64,000 bases of DNA from Macrostomum lignano (taxonomy: Eukaryota). This document shows positions 1 to 17,921 of this stretch, in pieces (the first letter of the stretch is position 1; each line of letters starts with the position of its first letter). The notes under the pieces were generated by a model. It was not told the DNA's origin. It did no database searches and saw nothing but the letters and a program-made list of their open reading frames with translations. The stretch spans positions 124,001-188,000 of the forward strand of contig NIVC01001475.1 of NCBI GenBank assembly GCA_002269645.1, in the 5' to 3' direction. The translations under genes were made by a program, and so were the position numbers.

Positions 1-591
1 GTTGGAAAAGTGTCTGTCCTTCCTTACACTAAAAGCGTAGGCGGTCTCTTTATATAGGCGCGAACGCAAGTGTTGATAATTTATTCAAATTAATTCTGGA
101 ACTTTCTTAGCGTTGTACGATAAGCAGCGAGCTGAAATTGTTTTGTTATTGTTTTTTGGCACGATTTTCTTAATGCCATCATTTCCTTTGGTTTGTTATT
201 GTAGCTATGGTTGCTATGCTAATACTGATCACGCTGGTTCTGAGTGCTGCTATAATGGGACAACTACGAGTAATATGCTAGATTTCGCTGCAAAATGCAT
301 TAGCATTTAGGAAGTATTCTGTTTTGCTTAGCTCTAATTTATCAATATTTCACAGCAAGAGTCTCATAGTTTCGCCGGAACTCTGCTTGCTTGCTTAGCA
401 GTTCATGAAATAGCTATAGCTTTGATTAATTTGTGGCTGCACCTCTGACAAAATGCATGCTTCATTTGGAATTCGGAAGTCCCGAATATGGTGGGGCATC
501 TTTAGAATCTTTCTCTTTTAAATTAAAAAAAATAAATAAGCGTATGTACTCTACAAGTTTACTCTAAGTAGTCAAATTCGCTTATTTCTGC

Positions 592-1855
592 ATGGCCTCA
601 AAACTCATCGTCGGCAAACTCGTCTATCCAGTTTGCCTGGAAACGGAAATCGGATTCGAGTCAGACTACTTTGAGTAGCACTGTGCGGTCTGGTCTCTCT
701 GACCGGAAAAATGTCTTTGATCGCTTGGATAACAACGACGATTGCAGTTTGTTGCCATTGACAACCATTAAAAGGCCGCGTACATGTGTGACAGAGACCA
801 ATAAGCGATCGATTGCTCAGAAGAGGCAATTACTAATTGATGCCGGAAGTGCATCAGCGGAATCTGGGGACTGGGCTAGCGCTTTGGTTAGCTTTCGCAA
901 AGCGCTGAGTCTGGATAGGTAAGATCGACAAACGTGTTAATAATTACTTGTACCTTTTGAAGCACTTCTCAATAGTCAATAGTCAATTAATCCTGAACAA
1001 GCGCAATTTTTTAAAATCCGTTTACGATTTTACTCCGATCGCTCCAAAGAATGACCCCTCTAGCTAATTTCCCGAAAAATCGCCCTAATCTTTCTAAAGA
1101 ATCGCCCCTGATCTCCCTAAAGAATCGCTCCTGATCTCCCTAAAGAATCGCCCCTGATCTCCCTAAAGAATCGCCCCTGACCTCCCTAAAGAATCGCCCC
1201 GGATCTCCCTAAAGAATCGCTCCTGATCTCCCTAAAGAATCGCCCCTGATCTCCCTAAAGAATCGCCCCTGATCTCCTTAAAGAATCGCCCCTGATCTCC
1301 CTAAAGAATCGCCCCTGATCTCCCTAAAGAATCGCCCCTGATCTCCTTAAAGAATCGCCCCTGATCTCCCTAAAGAATCGCCCCTGATCTCCCTAAAGAA
1401 TCGCCCCTGATCTCCCTAAAGAATCGCCCCTGATCTCCCTAAAGAATCGCCCCGATCCACACACCCAAGATAGAAACATCCATTCTATCTTGGTTATCCA
1501 TATTTTCAGCGTAGAAACTTCCGACCAATCGCAGCAGCGCGCCCGCCTACTAGAGATGGCCGCTCAGGCGCACTTGGCGCTTGGTGAATTCTGCGCCGGC
1601 GCCGGATTGGCCACCGAGGCGGTCAGTTTGGCGCCAAACTGGGCGCCGGCGCGCCAAACTCTCGGCCGGTGTCAGGTGAGCGCCGGGCTGACCAGACAAG
1701 CCTTGAAGTCGTTCGCCTACGCGTGCTTCTTGGACCCCACCGAGCCGGATATCTGGCACAAAGACCTGCTGTGGACTTGGGATCTGTGCCGCGCTGAGAA
1801 CCAAGGACACAAAGGCGGCGAGGATCACGGGGAGACTCGCGGGGAAATTCCCTAG
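592..1855 (+). CDS. TTC33: Tetratricopeptide repeat protein 33-like, 2 exons (about 592/632-918 and 1510-1855)
   Basis: FAWKRK at the N-terminus and PDIWHKDLLWTWDL near the C-terminus resemble TTC33 FGWKRK and PEIWKEDLSWARTL; TPR helices lie between. Phase-2 intron AG|GTAAGA (919) to TTTTCAG| (1509). The ATG at 592 is 1 nt out of frame, so the start is uncertain (see findings). Confidence 0.8.
1085..1456. repeat. 23-nt minisatellite GATCTCCCTAAAGAATCGCCCCT, about 16 copies, in the TTC33 intron
   Basis: Tandem units read directly, with degenerate flanking copies. Confidence 0.95.
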
Positions 1856-2230
1856 TCGTGTAGAAAACTATCTAGATGTGAAAACTTCCCCTAACGTGGA
1901 AAAAATTCAATGTTGTCTTTCTGCGTATTTATATGTGTTTAACTGAATTTTTTGTTTAAACTTTTGTCAAAATGTATCAAAATATATGTTTAACGCATGA
2001 ATGTCTTATTTAATAGGATTTGTGTGGTTAACTTTGGAGCTTCTTAAACTTTCAATCTAGATTTAAAAGTTTATGTATTAGTTGTCGTCTTAGTAGAGAT
2101 TTGCTAAGACTCTAAATGTGTCATTCTAGTTTATCAACTAATTTCATATTTGCATGCTCTGCACAAGCTCAAAGTATTCGTAATATTAAAGAATTAAAGT
2201 CAAATCATATTAAAAGAATTTGAGCACACC

Positions 2231-2461
2231 ATGGGCTCCCTGTGCTGCTGTTTTGGCGGCGACTCTGACGAGCATCGGCATGTGAACCAGCCCAGCCCGG
2301 AGACTCGCCGGCGACAGTTGGCAGAAGCGGCCGAAAATCGTCGCTCGTCCAGAGGGCCAAGCGAAGAGGCGGCCAGAAGGCAGAAACGACAGGACGAAGC
2401 TGACAGGATCAATATGGAGAAGGGTCGGGATAACACCGGGCTCAGTTGGCGGGTGGACTGA
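2231..2461 (+). CDS. SVIP: Small VCP/p97-interacting protein-like, 76 aa, single exon
   Basis: MGSLCCCF N-terminus (Gly2 myristoylation plus Cys palmitoylation pattern), RRQLAEAAENRR core and GLSWRVD end resemble SVIP (KRAKLAEAAERR, GLRWTVS). Confidence 0.85.
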   Translation: MGSLCCCFGGDSDEHRHVNQPSPETRRRQLAEAAENRRSSRGPSEEAARRQKRQDEADRINMEKGRDNTGLSWRVD

Positions 2462-2558
2462 TTGAAAAGCGGATCGATTGATTATTTGTTTCATAGTTAT
2501 TATTCCTGTGATTTGCAAGAAAATTTATTTTTTAATGTTGTTTGAAGATATTGAAACC

Positions 2559-3402
2559 AAATGCGTAGGCTTCAGGAACAGTTTCCCACTTGGGGGGCTA
2601 GTCTGCTAGTCCACATATACTAAATACGTAGGCTTCAGGAACAGTTTCCCACTTGGGGGGCTAGTCTGCTAGTCCACATATACTAAATACGTAGGCTTCA
2701 GGAACAGTTCCCCACTTGGGGGGCTAGTCTGCTAGTCCACATATACTAAATGCGTAGGCTTCAGGAACAGTTTCCCACTTGGGGGCTAGTCTGCTAGTCC
2801 ACATATACTAAATGCGTAGGCTTCAGGAACAGTTTCCCACTTGGGGGGCTAGTCTGCTAGTCCACATATACTAAATGCGTAGGCTTCAGGAACAGTTTCC
2901 CACTTGGGGGGCTAGTCTGCTAGTCCACATATACTAAATGCGTAGGCTTCAGGAACAGTTCCCACTTGGGGGCTAGTCTGCTAGTCCACATATACTAAAT
3001 GCGTAGGCTTCAGGACCTGTTCCCCACTTAGGGGCAGTCTGCTAGTCCACATATACTAAATGCGTAGGCTTCAGGAACAGTTTCCCACTTGGGGGGCTAG
3101 TCTGCTAGTCCACATATACTAAATGCGTAGGCTTCAGGAACAGTTTCCCACTTGGGGGGCTAGTCTGCTAGTCCACATATACTAAATGCGTAGGCTTCAG
3201 GAACAGTTTCCCACTTGGGGGGCTAGTCTGCTAGTCCACATATACTAAATGCGTAGGCTTCAGGACCTGTTCCCCACTTAGGGGCAGTCTGCTAGTCCAC
3301 ATATACTAAATGCGTAGGCTTCAGGAACAGTTTCCCACTGGGGGCATTCTGCTAGTCCACATATACTAAATGCGTAGGCTTCAGGAACAGTTTCCCACTG
3401 GG
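2559..3402. repeat. About 62-nt minisatellite (AAATGCGTAGGCTTCAGGAACAGTTTCCCACTTGGGGGCTAGTCTGCTAGTCCACATATACT), about 13-14 copies
   Basis: Tandem units of 61-63 nt; a variant unit recurs at 3011 and 3261. Confidence 0.95.
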
Positions 3403-3969
3403 AATCCGCTGGTCTACATACACGCTCGTATTGTACTAAATTGTAACGTTGAAATTCTAAGTGCTAGCTAGGAAGACGATAAAATGCTAATTTATGCGCT
3501 TACAGTTGCCAATTAACGGGCTTAACCTTCTCTTCTGAATGGCTCTAATTGATTGAAGTATCAATACGCATGTCCTCTGTAAATCTCCTCCCAGAAGTTT
3601 CGATCAAATCAAGCCTATTATATTTTATTTATCACAAAAGCTGCTATCGCTGCGAAAATTCATAGTAGGCTTACATTTGAATTTTTGTTCCAATCGTTAA
3701 ATAAAAGCGGTATTGATATTGTTGTCATGTGCGTCTTAAACTATTTTTTACTCAAGGTTATTCTTGTCGCGTCCTTTAATATAAAACTACGAGTACATGG
3801 CTGACACCAATTCTATCGTGCATTTTGCACAGAATTCAGTTTGTCTCTGGCAAATTAACAAAAAAACGAGCATAACTGCACAGTTTAGCGTTTTGTTTTT
3901 TAATATATATTTTATGATCTACTGTACATTGATGGCCTCTGAAGAGTTTCAGTGAAATACGAAACTTTG

Positions 3970-4215
3970 GCATCTTAGCAACTCGATCCCATTGAGCCAA
4001 TTGGCATCTCAGCAACTCCCCATTGAGCCAATTGGCATCTCAGCAACTCCCCATTGAGCCAATTGGCATCTCAGCAACTTCCCATTGAGCCAATTGGCAT
4101 CTCAGCAACTTCCCATTGAGCCAATTGGCATCTCAGCAACTCCCCATTGAGCCAATTGGCATCTCAGCAACTCCCCATTGAGCCAATTGGCATCTCAGCA
4201 ACTCCCCATTGAGCC
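3970..4215. repeat. 31-nt minisatellite CCCCATTGAGCCAATTGGCATCTCAGCAACT, about 8 copies
   Basis: Tandem units containing the palindrome GCCAATTGGC. Confidence 0.95.
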
Positions 4216-4389
4216 ATGGTACTCGTATCTCGACAACACTTCGATCACTCAATACTTGGCACGAAGTCAGGTGTTTGTCTTAGTTAAAGGTGTTATGTCA
4301 ATAATTTATACACAGATTTACAGTCTTTTCGACCTTATATTTGTAATCGAGAGCGCCTTTGACTACTCAAAGTACAAGTAATTTTAGAA

Positions 4390-7300
4390 TTAACTGTCAG
4401 ACTCGTCATCCAAACAGCCGCTGCAGCCAAAGCATCCAGCCACATGTTGACTGACAAATTCAATGAGTACAGCTGGCAGTCTGCCAGCAGCAGTCAACTG
4501 CCAAGCTCTCTGACGGCCCAGCAACTCGGCTGCTAGGCATCGAAGACTGTCTCTGCAGCAGCTGCAAAATTTTTGTTTACAAGTTTATGTGTTTTTTCTC
4601 GTTTTTGAAACGGTAAGTTTGGTGAACACCACTCAGCTGCAGATTACCCCATTGTATCATAGCTGATTACCCCACTGTCTTACAGCTGATTACCTCCACT
4701 ACTGTCTCAGCTGATTACCCCACTGTCTCAGCTGATTACCCCACTGCATCATAGCTGATTACCCCACTGTCTCACAGCTGATTACCCCACTGTCTCACAG
4801 CTGATTACCCCCCACTGTCTTATAGCTGATGACCCACTGTCTCAGCTGATTACCCCACTGGCCACTGTCTCACAGCTGATTACCCCCAATGTCTCAAAGC
4901 TGATTACCCCCACTGTCTCACAGCTGAATACCCCCACTGTCTCAAAGCTGATTACCCCCACTGTCTCACAGCTGATTACCCCCACTGTCTCACAGCTGAT
5001 TACCCCCACTGTCTCACAGCTGATTACCTCACTGTAAGAGTTACTCACTTCATTTTTAGCGACTCTTCAAAGAACTTTTTGTGCTGATATCTGAAAGAAA
5101 CGAGCGATACTACATTATAAAGCCTTCTTATATTGCTAACAAAGAAGTAAGTTTGCTGTGTATAGCTAAATTTTAAGAAGCATCTTAGTATTAAAATAGA
5201 AATGATGTTCTAATGATGTTTGATAACAGGATTGTTAGAATATATGCATATTCTTCTGACTGCGATTGTAAAAATTAGAGGTTAATTCTGTAAATTTTCT
5301 GTAAATTCACATACTCGTATTTTTGAAGCATCGATAAAACCTTCTGCAACTTCTGCGGGTATTTTATTTGATTTTGAACTTCTTCACTATGCAGGATGCC
5401 AGCCGCAGAATCCCGGTTTTCGAATTGGCATCCTGGATTCGGATCCATCATGATGTCAACCCCTCCCCCCCCCCAGGCTCACGGCAGCAACAGAGCGACT
5501 AGCTCGTGATTTCTCGCTTCCACAGCCAGCCTCAACGGTGTCATCCTGTTCGTGACTTGCGCCAGGCAAGAACTGCTGTTGTCCCAGTCGGCACCTCCGG
5601 ACAGCAACGATCTAGCTGCCAACGTCGCTTCCGCCGACGTTGTGCCAGTCGTCGCGAGCAGCATCAGCGGTGTTCGATTGTCCTCGTCTACAGCGTTGAC
5701 TGGGGCTCCGCGATCCAACAGGACAGCCAGGCCAGACGGCGGAGCCCCGGCTCTGGCGGCCCGGTGCAGACAGCTGACGCCCCAGACGTTTGAACAGGAC
5801 ACGTCGGCGAGGTTGGCCAGGCGTTGCAGCACCGCCGTTGGACAGGCGGCCGACTTGAAGGCGCGCATCGCCGGTGTCCAGCCGTCGCGATCGGGCAAGT
5901 CGCAGTTGACCCGATTGGCGACTTCGAGGAGGCCGGACCAGTTTGAGGACTCAATTAGCTGCTCAAGATGGTCGCGCATGTCCATCTCCTGGAGCAGTTT
6001 GCAGGAGGTGGATTGATCATCTTGATGGTGGCGTCTAATACTCATTCTGATCTTGGCGCCTAATGTTCATCCTGATCTTGGCGCCTATAATGTTCATCTT
6101 GATCTTGGCGCCTAATGTTCATCTTGATCTTGGCGCCTAATATGCTCATCTTGATCTTGGCGCCTAATGTTCATCTTGATCTTGGCGCCTAATATGCTCA
6201 TCTTGATCTTGGCGCCTAATGTTCATCTTGATCTTGGCGCCTAATATGCTCATCTTGATCTTGGCGCCTAATGTTCATCCTGATCTTGGCGCCTATAATG
6301 TTCATCTTGATCTTGGCGCCTAATATGCTCATCTTGATCTTGGCGCCTAATGTTCATCTTGATCTTGGCGCCTAATATGCTCATCTTGATCTTGGCGCCT
6401 AATGTTCATCTTGATCTTGGCGCCTAATATGCTCATCTTGATCTTGGCGCCTAATGTTCCTTCTGATCTTGGCGCCTAATGTTCATCCTGATCTTGGCGC
6501 CTATAATGTTCATCCTGATCTTGGCGCTTAATGCTCATCCTGATCTTGGCGCCTATAATGTTCATCTTGATCTTGGCGCCTATAATGTTCATCTTGATCT
6601 TGGCGCCTAATGTTCCTTCTGATCTTGGCGCTTAATGCTCATCCTGATCTTGGCGCCTATAATGTTCATCTTGATCTTGGCGCCTATAATGTTCATCTTG
6701 ATCTTGGCGCCTAATGTTCATCTTGATCTTGACGCCTATAATGTTCATCCTGATCTTGGCGCTTAATGCTCATCCTGATCTTGGCGCCTATAATGTTCAT
6801 CGTGATCTTGGCGCCTATAATGTTCATCTTGATCTTGACGCCTATAATGTTCATCCTGATCTTGGCGCCTATAATGTTCATCTTGATCTTGGCGCCTATA
6901 ATGTTCATCCTGATCTTGGCGCCTATAATGTTCATCTTGATCTTGGCGCCTATAATGTTCATCCTGATCTTGGCGCTTAATGCTCATCCTGATCTTGGCG
7001 CCTATAATGTTCATCTTGATCTTGGCGCCTATAATGTTCATCTTGATCTTGACGCCTATAATGTTCATCCTGATCTTGGCGCCTATAATGTTCATCTTGA
7101 TCTTGGCGCCTATAATGTTCATCTTGATCTTGGCGCCTATAATGTTCATCTTGATCTTGGCGCCTATAATGTTCATCCTGATCTTGGCGCTTAATGCTCA
7201 TCCTGATCTTGGCGCCTATAATGTTCATCTTGATCTTGGCGCCTATAATGTTCATCTTGATCTTGACGCCTATAATGTTCATCCTGATCTTGGCGCCTAT

Positions 7301-8847
7301 AATGTTCATCTTGATCTTGGCGCCTATAATGTTCATCCTGATCTTGGCGCCTATAATGTTCATCTTGATCTTGGCGCCTATAATGTTCATCTTGATCTTG
7401 GCGCCTAATGTTCATCTTGATCTTGGCGCCTATAATGTTCATCCTGATCTTGGCGCCTATAATGTTCATCTTGATCTTGGCGCCTATAATGTTCATCTTG
7501 ATCTTGGCGCCTAATGTTCATCTTGATCTTGGCGCCTATAATGTTCATCTTGATCTTGACGCCTATAATGTTCATCTTGATCTTGGCGCCTATAATGTTC
7601 ATCTTGATCTTGGCGCCTATAATGTTCATCTTGATCTTGGCGCCAAATGATAATCTTAGCATTTTGAGCATCTTCATTTGACTTTTTTCTTGTTCCTTAA
7701 AATGATTAATTGAAGGGAATATAATTCGCAGACACACTACTTACAGTAGACGACAGGCCTTTGATAGAACCCGCGCCGTTGAATGAGACAACTAGACGAC
7801 GCTCTCTGTAGATTTTTCGAAAAAGAAGTTTTGTTTTAATTTTTTTATGGCTGTACTTTAAATATAATTGGCGAAGGCCCTTCTACCCGTCATTGTACAT
7901 TCTGATAAAGGCCCCCCTCCACACTCCGCTCGGCACGTGTACATGCAATCCCCACTTAACTGCTATATATTTCTATCCCCTGAGGATTCAAGTCTAACCC
8001 CAATGTACATTGAACTATTTCGGCCATTAATAACTCACCCTTAGGTCTGTACATTCAGGCTTCAGCCTCAGTGGTAATTAAACTAACTTTCTTCATGAAA
8101 TGTTTTAAAACATGTAAATGGAAAATTCTCTAAGATCTAATCTCTAATTGGTCTTGAAACTTTATTTCAGGATTATTCGTGCACAAGCCATAAATTAATG
8201 TGTAATAATGCGCACGGGATTGAACCAACGGTCGTGGCGTGGCCCTGACGAAACACCTTTAAATAGATACTGCACCCTCACCTCTCAATAATCCTAGCTA
8301 GTTCAAAGTGCCCAGAGTCAGTTGCCAAGTCCTGTGCAGTCTGACCCGATCCGTCCTGCATCTTCAGCAAATCGACACGGCCTCTGCTGCCGTCTCTGCC
8401 GCCTCCCCTGCCGCCTCTGCTGACCCGAACAAACTTGGCCTGTCTAAGCAGGTGCAACAGGTGCTTGGCACACCGCCAACAGCCAGACTTAGCCGCCTCC
8501 ATTAGCGGGGTCAGGCCGGACTCGTTCACCTGCCATTTGGCCCGGAACGGCAGCAGGGCCAACACTCGCAGGTGATCCCGTCGGGCTGCCATATGAGCCG
8601 CCGTGTCGCCTGACGACAATTCGACGGCTTGCGATTCGGCGCCGAGGTTTAAAAAGTACTCGATGCACTTGCCAGTCTGAGGCGGAGTCCAGTCGGTATC
8701 GGCAGTCAGCATGATTATGGTGCGATTGAGCTCGTCTCGGGCTTTCACGAGACCTGGGGTTGCGAGACGGCGGACTTCATCAAAGTCACCTCGTATGGCC
8801 ACTTTGGCAAGCAGTTGCAGAGCCTGAAGTACAGGTTGGACAGGCAT
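4390..8847 (-). CDS. Ankyrin-repeat protein with C-terminal SOCS/BC-box-like motif (ASB/FEM1-like), 3 exons: 8847-8282, 6034-5483, 4561-4390; 429 aa
   Basis: ANK motifs (GDTAAHMAA, GLTPLMEAA, GWTPAMRA, RTPLMLLA, MTPLRLAV) in two ORFs. Both introns are phase 2 and GT-AG. The last exon, absent from the ORF track, reads CCRDSLRCLAAELL...GRLPAVLIEFVSQH. Total 1290 nt, in frame. Confidence 0.8.
4632..5035. repeat. About 20-24-nt minisatellite GCTGATTACCCCCACTGTCTCACA in ankyrin gene intron 2
   Basis: Tandem units of variable length. Confidence 0.9.
6035..7645. repeat. 25-27-nt minisatellite GATCTTGGCGCCTATAATGTTCATCTT, about 60 copies, in ankyrin gene intron 1, with a 214-nt higher-order period
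   Basis: Tandem units; near-identical repeat-derived ORFs start at 6766, 6980, 7194 and 7408. Confidence 0.97.
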
Positions 8848-10293
8848 AAATATACTGATTACCGATCATGTGATAAGTTTGTGTCAATTGCCAAAGCCTT
8901 GTGATAGCCTAATGCTAAACACCTTGATAATCTAGAAAGTTTGAACAAAAGTGTTTTTTATAAAGCAAATTAATCAGGGCACAATTGCTTGACTGAAACT
9001 AAAAACTATATTTTTTAAACAAAGTATAATTTAAAACATATCCTTTTTGGACAAATATTTTATTGGTTCAGATAAATTATTTTTATTTTTAAAAATAAGC
9101 TAAGATAACCCAATAAGATAAGCACTCGCCAGAAATTATAGTCTATAAAAACTTAGAATAAAATATGTCTAGATATTATAGTATTACAATGTATTTATAA
9201 TAATCAGTATAATAGCCAGTATGATTCTAGAATTTTAGTCAAGTGCTATTAAATTTAAAGGTTTTGCTTAATATAGAACATGGAATAAACTAGATTCATT
9301 GGTGCAGAGTAATGCAACGAAATATTAAAACGTTGCATAAATGCACTAAGTTTATAAGAAACACAAAAAAGTTATAAAAATTGGAATTAGCTACACAAAA
9401 AACATGAATTCTTTTTGTTAATGTATGTCATTGAATTTGTTAAACAATTTGATATGCATATTAATTATAGTTATAAAAAATCGATCGATGTGCACATATG
9501 TGGAAAATTGCAAAAATAATTTTGCGAGCCCTGTTGTTAGTTTAAAGGTTGATATACGGCAAACATCATCGAGGGGCGAGGGCACTCTATGTGTTTCGAA
9601 TAATATTTGTAATTTAAATTTATGCCTCAGTTTCCATAGACGCGCTTGTGTCCACCAAATTGATTAATTACAAGGGTTAGGCTATGTGCTTCTGCTTTAA
9701 GATCAACTTTGCGACTCTTAAGTTTTATTCTTTTAAATAAAATATTTGATTTAATTGTCAGCTAGAGGTTCTAAGAACGGAGGGGATAGAGCATAAAACA
9801 TATGCCCCAAAGCTACAAATGTCGCGACGACAAACTAAACTTATGCTAGTCATCATGGATACTCTAGTTGTCCATGCATGGATAGCAAACAGCTCACAGA
9901 AAATTCAATGAGCCAAAGCAGATCTTTTTTCCAAAAAATCAATAAAGTGAGCCGCTATTGATTTGGATTTTGGATAGAAGATTTTTTTATTTTGATAGGC
10001 TGAACATGCCAAAAAAACTCCGAGTTTTAACACAGCCATTTAAAACAAACATTTTTCTTTTAAACTATAGCAATATAAGCAAAATTTTATCACACGTTAA
10101 ATTAGTAATAAGACACTGCAGTAAAATATTTATCAGTACTATCTTAAGATTTTTTTATTGCCACCCACCAACTCTGTTTATGTACACTGGGGCTGGATAA
10201 TTATGATTTTCTAGATACGAAGTGTTTTAGAGCTAGCCGCTTAGTTTAAAAGTTTTGCTTACGAGAAAATTCATTGCACCTCACGGCTCCATT

Positions 10294-16639
<6,346 letters not shown>

Positions 16640-16805
16640 AACTGGAGAGAACTTTATCTTCGAGAAGTATAGTTTGCTTTTTAAAGGCCTATTCTGTTCA
16701 GGTATACTACGCTTGCATGTACAGGTCGAGTACCAGTTTGAAGTTCTGTAAGATCTAAGAGCTTTGATAAAGAAGAACATACGCTCGTAGGTGACTGGTG
16801 AATGG

Positions 16806-17075
16806 CCATAAAGTACATTGGTGCCCTAGATAAAGACACTAGACGACTTAAAGTGCATTAAATTCTTTAGATAGACCCTAAACATCACAAAGTATGTGTA
16901 AATTAGAGCCCTTAGATAAAGACCATAGACACCATAAAGTACACTGGAACCGCTAGATAAAGACCATAGACACCATAAAGTACACTGGAACCGCTAGATA
17001 AGGACCATAGACACCATAAAGTACACTGGAACCGCTAGATAAGGACCATAGACACCATAAAGTACACTGGAACCA
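16806..17075. repeat. 41-nt tandem repeat GACACCATAAAGTACACTGGAACCGCTAGATAAAGACCATA, about 4 copies plus degenerate copies
   Basis: Units at 16928, 16969 and onward. Confidence 0.85.
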
Positions 17076-17921
17076 CGAGGTAGACTAGGTATCCGGGAAC
17101 ACAGAATAGTTCAGCAAATACACTGTGATCCCTTGGACACCCATAAGATTTACGATAGTCGAGTTTAAAAAAAACATTTTATCGGCCTTTAAAAAACATT
17201 CAACCTTTTTTACGCAACTTCTTGGCGATGCCACTACTTAAATCACTGTGATTTTACTACTGACTTAGTAGTAGTAATTGGCTTATAGCGGCAAAAAGTG
17301 CTGTTACTTTAAAAAATGATATTTCTTCAATTTTAATTTTCTCCCGCCCTATTAACCTATTTAAATTATATTTATGATGAGAACCTTATAAAATCATGTA
17401 AATGTATACATTTTGTAGTAAAAAGTCTACAATACTTTTTTCCAATGAAATAATGTGCCATATTCATTAAATAATCCTATAAAGTACGAGTGTAAAACTG
17501 TTCTCACTTCTTCCATTCAAGGCTCGTACATTTTACTATAAGTAGCAAAGTGAACAAATTTGCTGCTATAATTATATTTACTTCCTTTATTTAGTGGCCT
17601 TCACATTACGCAAATTTTGGGAAGATTCAGGAAAATTATCTTTTACATTTATTTTTCTTTAAGCTATATACTGACACCAGTTTTTCACCAGGCTGGCTTC
17701 AATATTTCTGTCAGATCGTTTCTATATTTTTTCTTTTGTGCTTCTCTATCTGATTTATTTTTTCAAAGCAGACTTTTGTACTGTAATAGTACAAAATAGC
17801 ATATAATATATATACTATAAATAAACAAAACCAGCTCAAATCAAGGTCTGCAATGGCCTCCTTGACCATTTTTGCTAAATTATTTTGTTACTTGTTTTTC
17901 CAGCTGAAGCTGAAATGCAAC

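Noticed and set aside
113-310. Short AT-rich ORFs (113-310, 9425-9667, 17617-17799, 28776-29336, 61946-62221 and similar)
   Set aside because: No recognisable motifs, and their composition differs from the GC-rich exons in this window
5300-5481. Open frame continuing after the TGA at 5479 (possible readthrough)
   Set aside because: A GTGAG donor at 5482 splices in phase to the SOCS-box exon, which is the simpler explanation
6711-7737. ORFs such as MNIIGAKIK, RRQDQDEHY and MFILILAPI
   Set aside because: They are translations of the intronic minisatellite in several frames on both strands
8210-8250. GGTTCAATCCC box-B-like motif on the minus strand as a tRNA or SINE
   Set aside because: No cloverleaf or A box could be found
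9628-9645. GTTTCCATAGACGC as an RFX X-box for ciliary RPGR
   Set aside because: The 3' half lacks the RGYAAC consensus
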